From assembly GCA_038134595.1 (NCBI GenBank), contig JAYPVM010000001.1, forward strand, positions 1 through 64,000: a stretch of DNA of 64,000 bases, read 5' to 3'. Under the pieces are notes generated by a model. It searched no databases and was not told the origin of the DNA. It saw only the letters and a program-made list of their open reading frames with translations. Source of the DNA: Pseudomonadota bacterium. Lineage in GTDB: Bacteria; Bdellovibrionota_C; UBA2361; OMII01. Each line of letters starts with the position of its first letter. Positions within the stretch are counted from its first letter, which is position 1. Positions 28,099 through 38,560 of the stretch are shown piece after piece. The position numbers and the translations under genes were made by a program.

Positions 28099-29781
28099 TT
28101 AGCGCTCTTTTTTACCGTATTTCCTTAGGATTTCTTCGGCTTTAGAACGCAACTCTGTGACGTCATGAAACTGTCGCTCCAATGCCTCTGCAAGGACAAA
28201 CAAAACATCTCCGTATAGCTTACACTCAGTACTATTATTTTCTTCGAGCCATGTTCTAGAGCACTCAAGCTCCTCAACCGCGCCATCGATCTGGTCGTCA
28301 GCTAGTAGCGCACACCCTAAATGAAATCGCAATGTAACTTCAGAGAATGGGCGTGCTGACCGAAAATTGACACCATGCTCGCGTAGCGCTTCTCGCAGCT
28401 TCTCTATCTCTAACTTCATCTCGTCTTCTTCCGCCTCGGAGTTAAGTCGAAGACCTTTTATTCTGTCGAAAAACCCCTTCGCGTCATCATCAGGCAAATC
28501 TAATGCCAGCTGTTCCGCTTCCATGAGGCACTTTTGGTGTCGCGCTACATCACTGTGTTCTACAATACTGGCCATCATCAAGAGAAGAGAACAGCGAGCC
28601 TTGCGCTCATCATACCCATAGGAATTTGATAGGTTTTTAAGCTCAGACTCGATCCGTTCTAAGGCGTTCTGCCGAGAATCTCCATCCTTCATCGCCATGG
28701 CCATGACACGGGTAGAAAATGCGTACAAACCTTCAGCCCCTTTATCGGGAGCCTCCAAAAAACTACTTACATCCGCGTCAAAAGAGTCAAACCTCTCCGT
28801 CGCCATACAAAAATTAGTCATACTGGCAAGAGCAGTCTGGACTAACTCGGCCCTCTTTGATTCGTGTGCATAGGTGAGATTTATCCGATAAAAGCTCTCA
28901 GCCTCGTCGAATCGACCGTGGTAGAGAAGTGAATCTGCAATTACATCTCGAAGTTTGAAGGCGCCAGAATAGTGTACACCAGAGCACTCTTCGAGGTCAT
29001 GAAGCACTCGCAAGCGAATACCGTGTGCAATATCAAACTCACCAGACTCATCGTACACATCCGCTTTAAACAGTTTGAGCTCGGCTTCTATCATGCTCAC
29101 AACGTCTTGACTATCTCTCATATTTGAGAGTGCTTCAATAGCTACATCCGCTACCGCTTGTGCTCTACCACCGTCTCCTTGTTCACGCTCAAAAACCGCC
29201 TGATCGTGAAGATGCATCGCGATCTCAAGAAGTACAGACGTATCAACGCGCTGTAATGCCGCGCATGCTTGCACCATTTCGATATCCGCTAATTTCTGTT
29301 TTTGCTCTAGTTTGAAACAACGTGATTTTAATACATGGGAAGCGACCAACTCGCCAGTTGTTGCGCCATAGGCTCTCTCTATCATGCTATCGATAGTGCT
29401 GTGTGCTTCGCTAAATTTACCCAACATCATTAACAATTCGGCTTTTTCTGAGCAAATTTCAAACGAATGTTGCTGGTGCAAGTCCGCGTAAATATCCATT
29501 GCTTCATTTACAACCTCAAGTGCCTCAGCCGTTGCTCCTGTTTTTCTCAGGATCTCAATGGCCAACTCTCTTACGAGCAAGCGTGATTCTTTTTGTTCTG
29601 ACGTGAGCCAACGGGTAGTATCCGCAACCTCTCGAGCATTATCCAAGTAGCGCTGCGCGTGTCCCCATTTCAAATCGTCGGCACTCTGCATCGCTTGACT
29701 GCAGAAACTCTCAAAGCACTTCATCGATTCTCTAAGAGTTCGTTGTTCGGGGGGATTTTCTGGTGATTCGAAACTACTCAT
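28099..29781 (-). CDS. Large all-helical TPR-like hypothetical protein
   Basis: Repeated helical pairs with TPR-like patterns (GKFSEAH, GRFDEAESFY, LGCALL...DGAVEELE). Start placed at ATG 29781. Confidence 0.6.
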   Translation of the reverse strand: MSSFESPENPPEQRTLRESMKCFESFCSQAMQSADDLKWGHAQRYLDNAREVADTTRWLTSEQKESRLLVRELAIEILRKTGATAEALEVVNEAMDIYADLHQQHSFEICSEKAELLMMLGKFSEAHSTIDSMIERAYGATTGELVASHVLKSRCFKLEQKQKLADIEMVQACAALQRVDTSVLLEIAMHLHDQAVFEREQGDGGRAQAVADVAIEALSNMRDSQDVVSMIEAELKLFKADVYDESGEFDIAHGIRLRVLHDLEECSGVHYSGAFKLRDVIADSLLYHGRFDEAESFYRINLTYAHESKRAELVQTALASMTNFCMATERFDSFDADVSSFLEAPDKGAEGLYAFSTRVMAMAMKDGDSRQNALERIESELKNLSNSYGYDERKARCSLLLMMASIVEHSDVARHQKCLMEAEQLALDLPDDDAKGFFDRIKGLRLNSEAEEDEMKLEIEKLREALREHGVNFRSARPFSEVTLRFHLGCALLADDQIDGAVEELECSRTWLEENNSTECKLYGDVLFVLAEALERQFHDVTELRSKAEEILRKYGKKER

Positions 29782-29945
29782 AATAGACAAAGTATACCTA
29801 AGTAGCATCCCATAATACAGCTTGCTAGGTGCCGCTTACTTGTCCTGATGTGCTCGTATTGGGTATTTTCAACGACAAACAGGTCGATTTAGGGGGCGGA
29901 AAACCTGTGCGCATTTCGCTCTCAGTGGGGATGTTCCTACCGGCT

Positions 29946-30449
29946 TTATCTTTCCGCGGCCATCGACAGAAATTCTTGAGATTCCATAAACAAAGTTCCA
30001 CGCTCAGTTAATTCATACGACCAACACCCCGCTTCATCGCGAGAAGCCTCTATCAGACCAACATCTTTAAGAGCCTCAAGCTTTCGCCGTGATTCTGTCA
30101 GGTAATCCTCTCGTGATTCCTGCTGAGGCCAAGCGAGACCTTGTGCTAAATCATGCAATGCAATCGGGTCGTTTGGGCACCTCTCCTTTAGGAATAAGAG
30201 AACCCTCACCGACCGCTCCGCTCGCTCCGTCGTCATGGAGAGCCAATCTACAAGTCGTTTGTTAGTTACAAGCTCCTGTTGACCACCTGCGGTTCGAGCC
30301 CTCTGTGCAGAGTCAATTACACCTCGAAGTTTTTTTTCTGCCTCTCTGAGCGCGTTCAACTGAGCACCACTAAATTGAGCGCAATTCAAACTAGCAACTT
30401 TCTCTGTGAAAGCTTTAATTGCATCAACACACGTATCCCTTCTGTTCAC
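29946..30449 (-). CDS. Hypothetical protein with C-terminal winged-helix (MarR/ArsR-like) domain
   Basis: LEALKDVGLIE...YELTERG wing motif; AAGGAG RBS before the GTG. Confidence 0.6.
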   Translation of the reverse strand: MNRRDTCVDAIKAFTEKVASLNCAQFSGAQLNALREAEKKLRGVIDSAQRARTAGGQQELVTNKRLVDWLSMTTERAERSVRVLLFLKERCPNDPIALHDLAQGLAWPQQESREDYLTESRRKLEALKDVGLIEASRDEAGCWSYELTERGTLFMESQEFLSMAAER

Positions 30450-30758
30450 AGCAAGTGCTCCTTTGCTAAGGTATTACTTTTTTCCCGATATGAGACAACT
30501 CACAACAGTCGTCCTTTTATCCGAATGCATAGTACGTTCTTCAGACACAAACTTCATCAAAAAACTCTTGGAGAGGCAGTAAAAACTCGTGCGACTATCT
30601 TTGTTATCAGTCCACAGTAGCAGGCGATTTAAACATCGAATCAATTGGTTATACTGCTTTTTGTCATACTTTCATCTAGATGTGCTCATATAAAATATAT
30701 AGAACGTGGGTATCGGAATTTGGTATACTAGCGATATCAACTAGGTGAGACACACTCT

Positions 30759-31643
30759 ATGGACGACACAAAGAGTCACGCAGTCCTCGATGCGAAAACA
30801 TTAGAGGAATGTATCATCGAACAAAACTGGGGAGCGTACACCTCTGAAGACCACAAAACGTGGGAGACGCTCTTTAATAGGCAGATGGAAACACTGCGTG
30901 GATACGTGTGCTCTGAATATTTTACAGGGATAAAAACACTAGGTCTTATTCCAGAAAAGCTCCCAGATTTTGAGAAGATGAACCGAAATCTTCGCGCCGC
31001 AACAGGCTGGGAGGTCTTAGCAGTTCCGGGGCTTATAAGTTCACGCCCATTTTTTACCATGCTTGCCAACAAGCAATTTCCAGCAGGTACTTTTATACGC
31101 ACTCCTGAGCAACTCGACTACCTCGAGGAACCTGACATATTTCATGACGTGTTTGGACACGTTCCACTTCTTAGTCACACCCCATACGCTGCATACATGC
31201 AGGCATACGGCGAAGCGGGACTAAAGGCAATGGACCACAAGGGAGTAAAGTTTCTTGCTCGGCTTAACTGGTATACCATCGAATTTGGTCTTGTAAAGGA
31301 TGGCAATGAGATTAAATCGTACGGAGCTGGAATCATGTCTAGCTTCGGAGAAGCCCAGTACGTGCGAAATGACCCTTCTGCAAATTTCTTGCAATTCGAT
31401 CTGGAGCGAGTATTACGCACCGGCTACTATATTGACGATTTACAAGCGAGCTACTTTACTATTGATAGTTTTGATGCTCTCTTTGAAGAATGTATCGCTC
31501 GACCTTTCATCCCACTCTATGAATCGTGTAGAGCACTTCCACAACTCTCGCCGTTTGAAATTATAGAATCAGATGCTGTACTGCGAGAGGGAACCGGCGA
31601 ATACTGGAAAGAGTTTCCTGAAACCAAATCAAAGTTAAAATAA
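30759..31643 (+). CDS. phhA: Phenylalanine 4-monooxygenase
   Basis: YLEEPDIFHDVFGHVP, WYTIEFGL, YGAGIMSS. Confidence 0.95.
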   Translation: MDDTKSHAVLDAKTLEECIIEQNWGAYTSEDHKTWETLFNRQMETLRGYVCSEYFTGIKTLGLIPEKLPDFEKMNRNLRAATGWEVLAVPGLISSRPFFTMLANKQFPAGTFIRTPEQLDYLEEPDIFHDVFGHVPLLSHTPYAAYMQAYGEAGLKAMDHKGVKFLARLNWYTIEFGLVKDGNEIKSYGAGIMSSFGEAQYVRNDPSANFLQFDLERVLRTGYYIDDLQASYFTIDSFDALFEECIARPFIPLYESCRALPQLSPFEIIESDAVLREGTGEYWKEFPETKSKLK

Positions 31644-31661
31644 GCACATCAAAGGATATCT

Positions 31662-32009
31662 ATGTCTTTACGCAACAAACATTGCTCTCCATGTCCGCCT
31701 GGCACTGCCCCACTCTCCACAGAGGAACAAGCAACACTAGGAGAGCAGATACCAACGTGGAAAAACTGTGACGGGCTTAGAATACAACGTGAATATAAAT
31801 TTAAGACTTATATGGATGCCATTAAGTGGCTTCAAGAGGGTGCGCAAATCGCCGATAACGAGGATCATCACCCCGACATACACGTTTTTTATAAGCGAAT
31901 CGTTATTGAGCTATGGACACACACCGTAAATGGATTAAGCGAAAATGATTATATTCTCGCCGCAAAACTAGACGCATCCTTTAATGACTATCCGGGTAGC
32001 AAATCCTAG
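31662..32009 (+). CDS. phhB: Pterin-4-alpha-carbinolamine dehydratase
   Basis: EDHHPDI, WTHTVNGLSENDYILAAK; adjacent to phhA. Confidence 0.95.
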   Translation: MSLRNKHCSPCPPGTAPLSTEEQATLGEQIPTWKNCDGLRIQREYKFKTYMDAIKWLQEGAQIADNEDHHPDIHVFYKRIVIELWTHTVNGLSENDYILAAKLDASFNDYPGSKS

Positions 32010-32061
32010 ACTCCGATAGTCGCGTTTAATTAGCACCAGCGATTTTAATGGTGCCCTTCTC

Positions 32062-32090
32062 TTGACCAAAAATTCACCGAGCCTTATAGT
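32062..32090 (+). promoter_or_regulatory. Sigma70-type promoter of the ilvA leader
   Basis: TTGACC (32062-67), 17-bp spacer, TATAGT (32085-90); ATG follows after 7 nt. Confidence 0.75.
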
Positions 32091-32097
32091 TTCCGAC

Positions 32098-32181
32098 ATG
32101 TCTCGGCAATTACAATCTTCAACAAGCGCTTCTCTTTGCTGCATCGGCCAGGCATCGATGTCTATTATTATCGCGATTTAA
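32098..32181 (+). CDS. Putative Ile-rich leader peptide of ilvA (MSRQLQSSTSASLCCIGQASMSIIIAI)
   Basis: ATG sits at the predicted transcription start; 4 Ile in the last 5 codons; followed by a hairpin and then ilvA. Confidence 0.65.
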   Translation: MSRQLQSSTSASLCCIGQASMSIIIAI

Positions 32182-32280
32182 TTGGAGATTTAAGCCTTTT
32201 TTAGTGGCTATCTCCCAGAACCCCAGACCCCTACCTTCGTAATAATATAGTACACTTTTTCTTTTTTGCTTTTTCTCCCG

Positions 32281-33789
32281 ATGTTTAGTACCGCAACCAT
32301 ACAAACCGATTCGCACTTTAAAGAACAAGCTCGCTCTCTACCGTTAGCTGAGAGCCTCGCAGACCTCTCCGAAGAGCTCCTCCCTATTATGGAAAAATGC
32401 GGGCTAGCAATGTCTTTTGGCCCGCTCAACCCTGGAGGGGTATGTATTGCTGACGCTACTTGTAATCCCACAAATGCGTATAAAGCCCGAGGAGCTCTAG
32501 CAAGTGCATTTGCCGCTCAAAACCAAGGGGCACAAACAGTTTGGACCGCCTCTGCCGGAAATCATGGAGCTGGTCTGGCGTATGCCGCAGAACGACTAGG
32601 ACTTAACGCACTTATATACGTTCCAACGACCGCACCTCAAACAAAGGTGGATAAGATTACTGCCTTTGGTGCCGCTGTGGTTCGAACAGGTAGCGACTTT
32701 GACTCGTGTCTTGCGCTTGCGCAGGCAAGCCAACGCAGTACTGAAAGTGCATCCGTATTTGTGCATCCTTTTGATGAGCACACTGTTGTTGCTGGGCAAG
32801 GAACTATCGGTTTTGAGATAATTCGACACGTAGCCAAACTCGCATCTAGTCGTGACTTTGATACGGTGCGTGTTTTCGTTCCAATCGGTGGAGGAGGCCT
32901 AGCCGCAGGGATAGCGAGTGTACTTAAGACGAGATGGCCTGCTTTTTTACCAAAACCTGAGATTATAGGTGTAGCAGACGAGAGTTCCCCATCTTCTGTT
33001 GTTGGCGCTCTTTTTGGCCGGCCCGTGCGGGCTCTTTCTGACACGATTGCCGATGGAATCCGCGTGGCACAGGTGGGCAAGACGTTCGCTTCGATTACTC
33101 CCCTGCTCGATAATATTATTCTTATTCCACACGACGAAATAGTCGCGACTATGCAAGAGATGCAACACCTACACGGTCGCGCACTGGAGCCAGCGGGTGC
33201 CCTAGCAATCGCCGGTGAGCGGTTTGTAAGAAGGCATTCATTACTTCCAGAAGTTTCTAGTACTCTTTCAATACCAGTGATCTCAGGAAGCAATGTGGAC
33301 TTGGATATCTTTTCGGAAACGCTCTCAGCGCCCCGAAGAATCAACCCAACCTCCCATCAGCGATGTGCGTTCGATATACTCCTCAAAGAGCGTGACGGCG
33401 AACTTCTATCGCTCTTACGAACCGTTTGTGACTTTAACATTGCAAGTCTGACATACAAGCAACATCCGCATGTATCAGCAAATACTCTCCGAATTGAATT
33501 CGAGGTGCTTCGGGGATCTATCACCGAATTAGAGCGCATCCTAGTTAACGCTTTTCCAGGCTCCGAACGCCTACGAGATGGCATGCAAGTAGCATTCTCT
33601 GTGGGTGTTCCGGTAGCTCAAGACTTCAAGGATGAACTTGTAACACTAACTGACCGTCCCGGGGCCTTTTTGGAATACCTACTCGATTTACATACTCAAG
33701 GTGAATTGGGATCCATTGGCTTTCTATTCTATAGAAAGCCCGCTACGGAAGGGGCATTGTCTCAGATAGTACTTGGAAGACGTCCATAA
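32281..33789 (+). CDS. ilvA: Threonine ammonia-lyase (dehydratase) with ACT-like C-terminal domains
   Basis: AYKARGA (PLP Lys), ASAGNHGAG, HPFD...AGQGT, PIGGGGL, EPAGA, SGSN; C-terminal ERDGELL and DRPGAFL ACT-like repeats. Confidence 0.85.
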   Translation: MFSTATIQTDSHFKEQARSLPLAESLADLSEELLPIMEKCGLAMSFGPLNPGGVCIADATCNPTNAYKARGALASAFAAQNQGAQTVWTASAGNHGAGLAYAAERLGLNALIYVPTTAPQTKVDKITAFGAAVVRTGSDFDSCLALAQASQRSTESASVFVHPFDEHTVVAGQGTIGFEIIRHVAKLASSRDFDTVRVFVPIGGGGLAAGIASVLKTRWPAFLPKPEIIGVADESSPSSVVGALFGRPVRALSDTIADGIRVAQVGKTFASITPLLDNIILIPHDEIVATMQEMQHLHGRALEPAGALAIAGERFVRRHSLLPEVSSTLSIPVISGSNVDLDIFSETLSAPRRINPTSHQRCAFDILLKERDGELLSLLRTVCDFNIASLTYKQHPHVSANTLRIEFEVLRGSITELERILVNAFPGSERLRDGMQVAFSVGVPVAQDFKDELVTLTDRPGAFLEYLLDLHTQGELGSIGFLFYRKPATEGALSQIVLGRRP

Positions 33790-33827
33790 CGAGGCAAGCT
33801 ATCCCGCAGCCACATACTAGCCCAGCA

Positions 33828-35714
33828 TTAAACCGACGTTGCACCCTCACTACGGTACCGTTTGAGATATACCGAAAGAAGAGAGATAGTGCTCGGCGTC
33901 ATCCCCGGAATCCGCATAGCCTGACCAAGCGAGTCAGGGCGATGCTTCTTTAACTTCTCTCGCGCTTCATTACGAAGTTGCGTAACAGAATCATAGGGGA
34001 AATCCGCAGGGATTTTCTCTTTTTCAATCTTTCGAAGTTTCTTCACATCCTCTTCTTGCCTATCGAGGTAGCCACTAAATTTACATTCTATTTCAAGCGC
34101 GGCGCGAAGATCATCGGCAAGCTCCCCATCACACGGCTGATGCTTTAAAAGCTCCTCTATCGTTATCTGCGGACGCTTTAACAACTGTGCAAGTGTCACA
34201 CTGTCTTTTAGTGCCGCTGTGCCTTGTGCTTCTAACCACGCATTCGTCTCTTCACTTGGTTTTATCCGAGTTGTTTGCAGCCACTTTGAAGCATACTCAT
34301 ATTGCCGTGTCTTACGTTCAAAACGCTCTAGCTGTTTCTCGCTTAGTAAATCAAGTTCAACTGCTTTCGGTGTCAGCCGTTTCATCGCATTGTCTTCACG
34401 GAGGATTAATCTGTACTCTGCCCGCGAGGTAAACATTCGATACGGCTCATCTACTCCTGTGGATGTCAGGTCATCAGTCATAACACCGATGTATCCTTCT
34501 CCCCTTCCAATGGTGAAGTGTTCTCTCTCCAAGACTATATGTGCGGCATTGATTCCAGCAATAATACCCTGCGCAGCGGCCTCTTCATAACCGCTTGTGC
34601 CATTTATCTGCCCGGCAAGAAACAAACCAGCTACATCTTTTGTTTCATACGTTGGAGCAAGCTGTCGTGGATCAACAAAGTCGTATTCAACGGCGTAGCC
34701 TGGTGCTAAAAATTCAACATTCTCAAGCCCCGCTATCGATCGAATAAACTCCTGCTGTACGTCGATAGGAAGTGAGGTAGATATTCCGTTCGGGTACACA
34801 ATGTCCGAAGTAAACCCCTCTGGTTCTAAAAACACAGTGTGGCTTAATTTATCGGCAAACCGAAACACCTTATCTTCGATAGATGGACAGTAGCGTGGTC
34901 CACCAGATTGGATCTGCCCATTAAACATTGGGCTTCGCTCTTTGTTCGCACGGATAACGTCATGTGATTTTTCGTTTGTTGCTGTCATCCAGCACGATAT
35001 TTGTGGCCTCTCAATAGCATCGGTCATAAACGAAAACGGCTGTGGCCTCGCGTCTCCTGGCTGTTCTCTACACACTGAAAAATCGATACTCGAGAGTCGC
35101 AAGCGAGGGGGTGTTCCTGTTTTCAATCTTCCGAGCGGAAAACCCAAAGCACGCAAAGAATCGCTTAGGCTATTTGATGCGATATCTCCCAATCGTCCGC
35201 CCGCAGTTTGCGTCTCGCCTGAATGCATCAGCCCACGCAAGAATGTTCCGGTCGTCACAACGACGGCTCTGCATGGTATTACACTCCCATCAGCGAGAAT
35301 AACACCAGTTACTGCTTGTCCCTTTGTTTCAATTCCGCTGACTTCACCCTCAATGATTGAAAGATTTGGAACGGTTTGCAAATAACTCTGAATCCATCCT
35401 TTGTAGAGATCTCTATCGGCTTGCGCTCTTGAGGCCCGTGCGGCAGCTCCTTTACTTGTGTTGAGCATACGAAACTGAATACCGGTAGCATCGATAGCAC
35501 GACCCATAAGGCCACCTAAGGCATCGACCTCCTTAACAAGATGTCCCTTTCCAACCCCACCAATAGCAGGATTACACGACATCTGGCCGATGCCGTCCTT
35601 TCTAAGCGAGACAAGCACTGTAGCAACTCCTAAGCGCGCAGAGGCATACGCTGCCTCAACGCCAGCGTGGCCCCCTCCAACAACTACAATTTGATTAGTG
35701 CTTTGCTTTGACAT
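33828..35714 (-). CDS. mnmG: tRNA uridine-5-carboxymethylaminomethyl(34) synthesis enzyme
   Basis: GGGHAGVEAA, MSCNPAIGG, GPRYCPSIEDK, AGQINGTSGYEEAAAQG. Confidence 0.98.
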   Translation of the reverse strand: MSKQSTNQIVVVGGGHAGVEAAYASARLGVATVLVSLRKDGIGQMSCNPAIGGVGKGHLVKEVDALGGLMGRAIDATGIQFRMLNTSKGAAARASRAQADRDLYKGWIQSYLQTVPNLSIIEGEVSGIETKGQAVTGVILADGSVIPCRAVVVTTGTFLRGLMHSGETQTAGGRLGDIASNSLSDSLRALGFPLGRLKTGTPPRLRLSSIDFSVCREQPGDARPQPFSFMTDAIERPQISCWMTATNEKSHDVIRANKERSPMFNGQIQSGGPRYCPSIEDKVFRFADKLSHTVFLEPEGFTSDIVYPNGISTSLPIDVQQEFIRSIAGLENVEFLAPGYAVEYDFVDPRQLAPTYETKDVAGLFLAGQINGTSGYEEAAAQGIIAGINAAHIVLEREHFTIGRGEGYIGVMTDDLTSTGVDEPYRMFTSRAEYRLILREDNAMKRLTPKAVELDLLSEKQLERFERKTRQYEYASKWLQTTRIKPSEETNAWLEAQGTAALKDSVTLAQLLKRPQITIEELLKHQPCDGELADDLRAALEIECKFSGYLDRQEEDVKKLRKIEKEKIPADFPYDSVTQLRNEAREKLKKHRPDSLGQAMRIPGMTPSTISLLSVYLKRYRSEGATSV

Positions 35715-36187
35715 TCACTCTTCCCACCTTAAATCGCATAAGGTAAGTGAGAATAGTACAGAGTGTCGCGTTCTTTCTCAAGAAAGGAGCCTTTCTGTCA
35801 TATTTCGTTCCTCTTTTCACGGTCACCGCACGCGCTCCGATGAAAACCATATTAAACCGGTGTTTAAGGGCTATATTGGTCAGTTTTATTTGATTGTTAT
35901 AACTAAAAGTCTTGAAAACATTGAGAAGAATTACCTCAGCCCGACCCCTATGCTAATGACGCTAAAACACGACACTTTATCCGTATCTTCTACATCCTGA
36001 CGGCAGACATGAAGTTTTTGAATTTAAAAAGTGCTACCGTTACTGTGTTTTTTGAATGAAGCGCTTTGAAAATACGTCAAAGTGCCTGAATAAAGCAAAA
36101 GCTTCGTATTTATAGACAGTTATGGATATCCAAGTCCTTTAGCTGTCATTATTTGGAATCAACAGTCATACCGTTTGCATCGATTAA

Positions 36188-36970
36188 ATGAGTAAACAAC
36201 TTCTTCACATCTTTGATGGCACACGTGGAGCAGTACGGCGAGGTATGACCGTTATGAATCATTTAGTCAGATATCTACATTCATGGATGGGACGTAACAT
36301 ACACGTTACGTGCGTGCTTTCGTCAGTGCTCTCTGTTTACTTGCTGACATACGGCTCTCTTACGACTCAACCAACACCGATAGGAGCCATGAAACACAGT
36401 GTGGAGTCTCGAGGCGCTATTGGCGCTCTTCTTTCGGTACAAGATAAAAAGCAGGTTGCGTTCGTCGCCTCACTTATCGAAACTCACCAGCCAGCATTGG
36501 AAGAGAGTGATTCGCTTGCTACGCTTATTGTTACAGAGAGCAAGCGCGCCAGAATTGATCCTTTGTTCGTTGCGGCAGTTATTCAAGCCGAAAGTAGTTT
36601 TAGACCAACCGCAGTTTCCTATCGAGGCGCTAAGGGACTAATGCAGTTAATGCCTGCAACGGGGCGTCATCTATCGAAACAATTAAACGTATACCTCAAA
36701 GACGCTACAGCACTACACGATCCAAAAACTAACATCAAACTCGGGATCGCATATCTAAAAGAACTTAATCGACGCTTTAAGGGCGACAAGGAACATGCGC
36801 TCGTTGCATATAACTGGGGACCCACAAACGTTTCAAAGGCCCTTGATGGTCAGAAGCGATTCCCTCGATCCTCAGTGAAGTATGCTCGTTCTATTCTCTC
36901 TCGACGCAACTCCTGGGCACTTAAGATGAATCATTTTGTTGCCCAAACTTCTATTCCAACTTTTGGATAG
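36188..36970 (+). CDS. Lytic transglycosylase (SLT domain)
   Basis: IQAESSF, GAKGLMQLMP, AYNWG; N-terminal TM anchor. Start uncertain. Confidence 0.9.
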   Translation: MSKQLLHIFDGTRGAVRRGMTVMNHLVRYLHSWMGRNIHVTCVLSSVLSVYLLTYGSLTTQPTPIGAMKHSVESRGAIGALLSVQDKKQVAFVASLIETHQPALEESDSLATLIVTESKRARIDPLFVAAVIQAESSFRPTAVSYRGAKGLMQLMPATGRHLSKQLNVYLKDATALHDPKTNIKLGIAYLKELNRRFKGDKEHALVAYNWGPTNVSKALDGQKRFPRSSVKYARSILSRRNSWALKMNHFVAQTSIPTFG

Positions 36971-37036
36971 TGTTTTTTTTCCTATCTCAGAGTACACTGG
37001 GAAGGTAAACAGCTGCCCTAATACACAAGATCTCAC

Positions 37037-37570
37037 ATGACGCCCAACGATCCTACACTCATTGCAATTCATCGCGAATTACACATTCCCTTTGACTATG
37101 CTACGGAGAGAAAACTTCCATTTTATTCCCAAGTCGCATTATCTGAATTAATTGTAGCGCAGCTTGACGACGCAGGTAGACCTCTCATCCTTACCGCACC
37201 TGCTGCCAAGGCTCTCTCTGCGATGCGTAAAGCCGCTGGAAGTGCTGGAGTAGCACTGCTGCCTTTCTCGGGATTTCGCTCTTATGCCTATCAAAAGGGG
37301 CTCATTGAGCGAAAATTAACGCAAGGTCTCGACATCAAGACGATCCTGTCAGTTCTGGCTGCTCCCGGATATTCTGAACATCATACCGGTGAGGCGATAG
37401 ACATTACTACAATTGGTTGCCCTCCTGCTACCGAGGCATTTGAATCTACCAATGCGTACTCATGGCTTGCAAAGCATGCTAGAGATTTTGGTTTTACCGA
37501 GAGTTTTCCACGAAACAATCCACATAAACTCGTATTTGAGCCGTGGCATTGGAGATTTAAAGCTTCATAA
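37037..37570 (+). CDS. D-Ala-D-Ala carboxypeptidase, M15B/VanY family
   Basis: SGFRS, APGYSEHHTGEAID (SxHxxGxAxD), EPWHWR. Confidence 0.92.
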   Translation: MTPNDPTLIAIHRELHIPFDYATERKLPFYSQVALSELIVAQLDDAGRPLILTAPAAKALSAMRKAAGSAGVALLPFSGFRSYAYQKGLIERKLTQGLDIKTILSVLAAPGYSEHHTGEAIDITTIGCPPATEAFESTNAYSWLAKHARDFGFTESFPRNNPHKLVFEPWHWRFKAS

Positions 37571-37586
37571 GCGTTTTTAAAAAGCT

Positions 37587-38459
37587 CTATATTCTCTCAA
37601 TGATTCCTTTAGACGAAACTCGAATTAATTTATCGGTTTTAAGTCGAGAGACCTGTTCTTGTACTCTATTCTGATCAGCATCTAGAAGCGTAGCAAGTTT
37701 TCTGATGGATACCGAATACGGAGGATGCAAGACAAGTTTTAGAATCTTGGCGGCGAGCTCTCGATTCGAACCATGAAACTTCGACTGACGAACGTACTGT
37801 GTGCTTCGCTGGTTCAGCGAGGAATCGTATTTTTTTAAGACAACTCCGATATCCATCAACGAATAAAACCATTCCCGTGGATGATTTCGGTCCATCGTCT
37901 TATCAATAAGAACCATAATCTCCTTGTCGGTAACTTGTATACGCTCAGGAAAAAATGTGTGCGTGTAAACACATCGGATATTTGTCTCAATCATCGGTAT
38001 CGCTATATTGTGCGCAAACACCGAGATAGCCGCGGCCGTATAGGAGCCAATCCCTGGTAGTGATAAAAGCGTATCGTATTCTTTGGGAATGCGTCCGTTG
38101 AAACTTTCGCAAACGTATTGTGCGCACGCATGCAAATTTTTGGCACGGCGATAGTATCCCATACCCTCCCATATCTTAAGCACCTCATATAACGGTGCCG
38201 CTGCCAACGCTTTAACGGTCGGAAATCTCTCCAAGAACTTCGGATATCGTTCAGATACTCGAGAGGTTTGAGTCTGTTGTAGCATTACTTCACTTACTAG
38301 AATCCGGTATGGATTTCGGGTCTTACGCCACGAGAAGTCTCGTCCGTGCTGCCGATAAAAAAGGCGGACAAGTCTACGAAATTCGGCCGATTGGGCCTTC
38401 AAATTAGACTTCTTGCAAGTTAGCGCGCCCAATCGGGCAATGTATATCTCGGGTTTCAT
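37587..38459 (-). CDS. mutY: A/G-specific adenine glycosylase, short form lacking the Fe-S cluster
   Basis: ILVSEVMLQQT, GMGYYRRA, HhH motif LPGIGSYTA. No Cys-X6-Cys-X2-Cys-X5-Cys motif and no NUDIX-like C-terminal domain. Confidence 0.85.
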   Translation of the reverse strand: MKPEIYIARLGALTCKKSNLKAQSAEFRRLVRLFYRQHGRDFSWRKTRNPYRILVSEVMLQQTQTSRVSERYPKFLERFPTVKALAAAPLYEVLKIWEGMGYYRRAKNLHACAQYVCESFNGRIPKEYDTLLSLPGIGSYTAAAISVFAHNIAIPMIETNIRCVYTHTFFPERIQVTDKEIMVLIDKTMDRNHPREWFYSLMDIGVVLKKYDSSLNQRSTQYVRQSKFHGSNRELAAKILKLVLHPPYSVSIRKLATLLDADQNRVQEQVSRLKTDKLIRVSSKGIIERI

Positions 38460-38560
38460 CTCTTAGGCACTGCATGCTGTAGCTAACAAGAACGATATCA
38501 CCTCGCTGTAAATATTGGTATACTATCCGCAGCGCTGCCCAAACTAACTATCTTTTTGCT

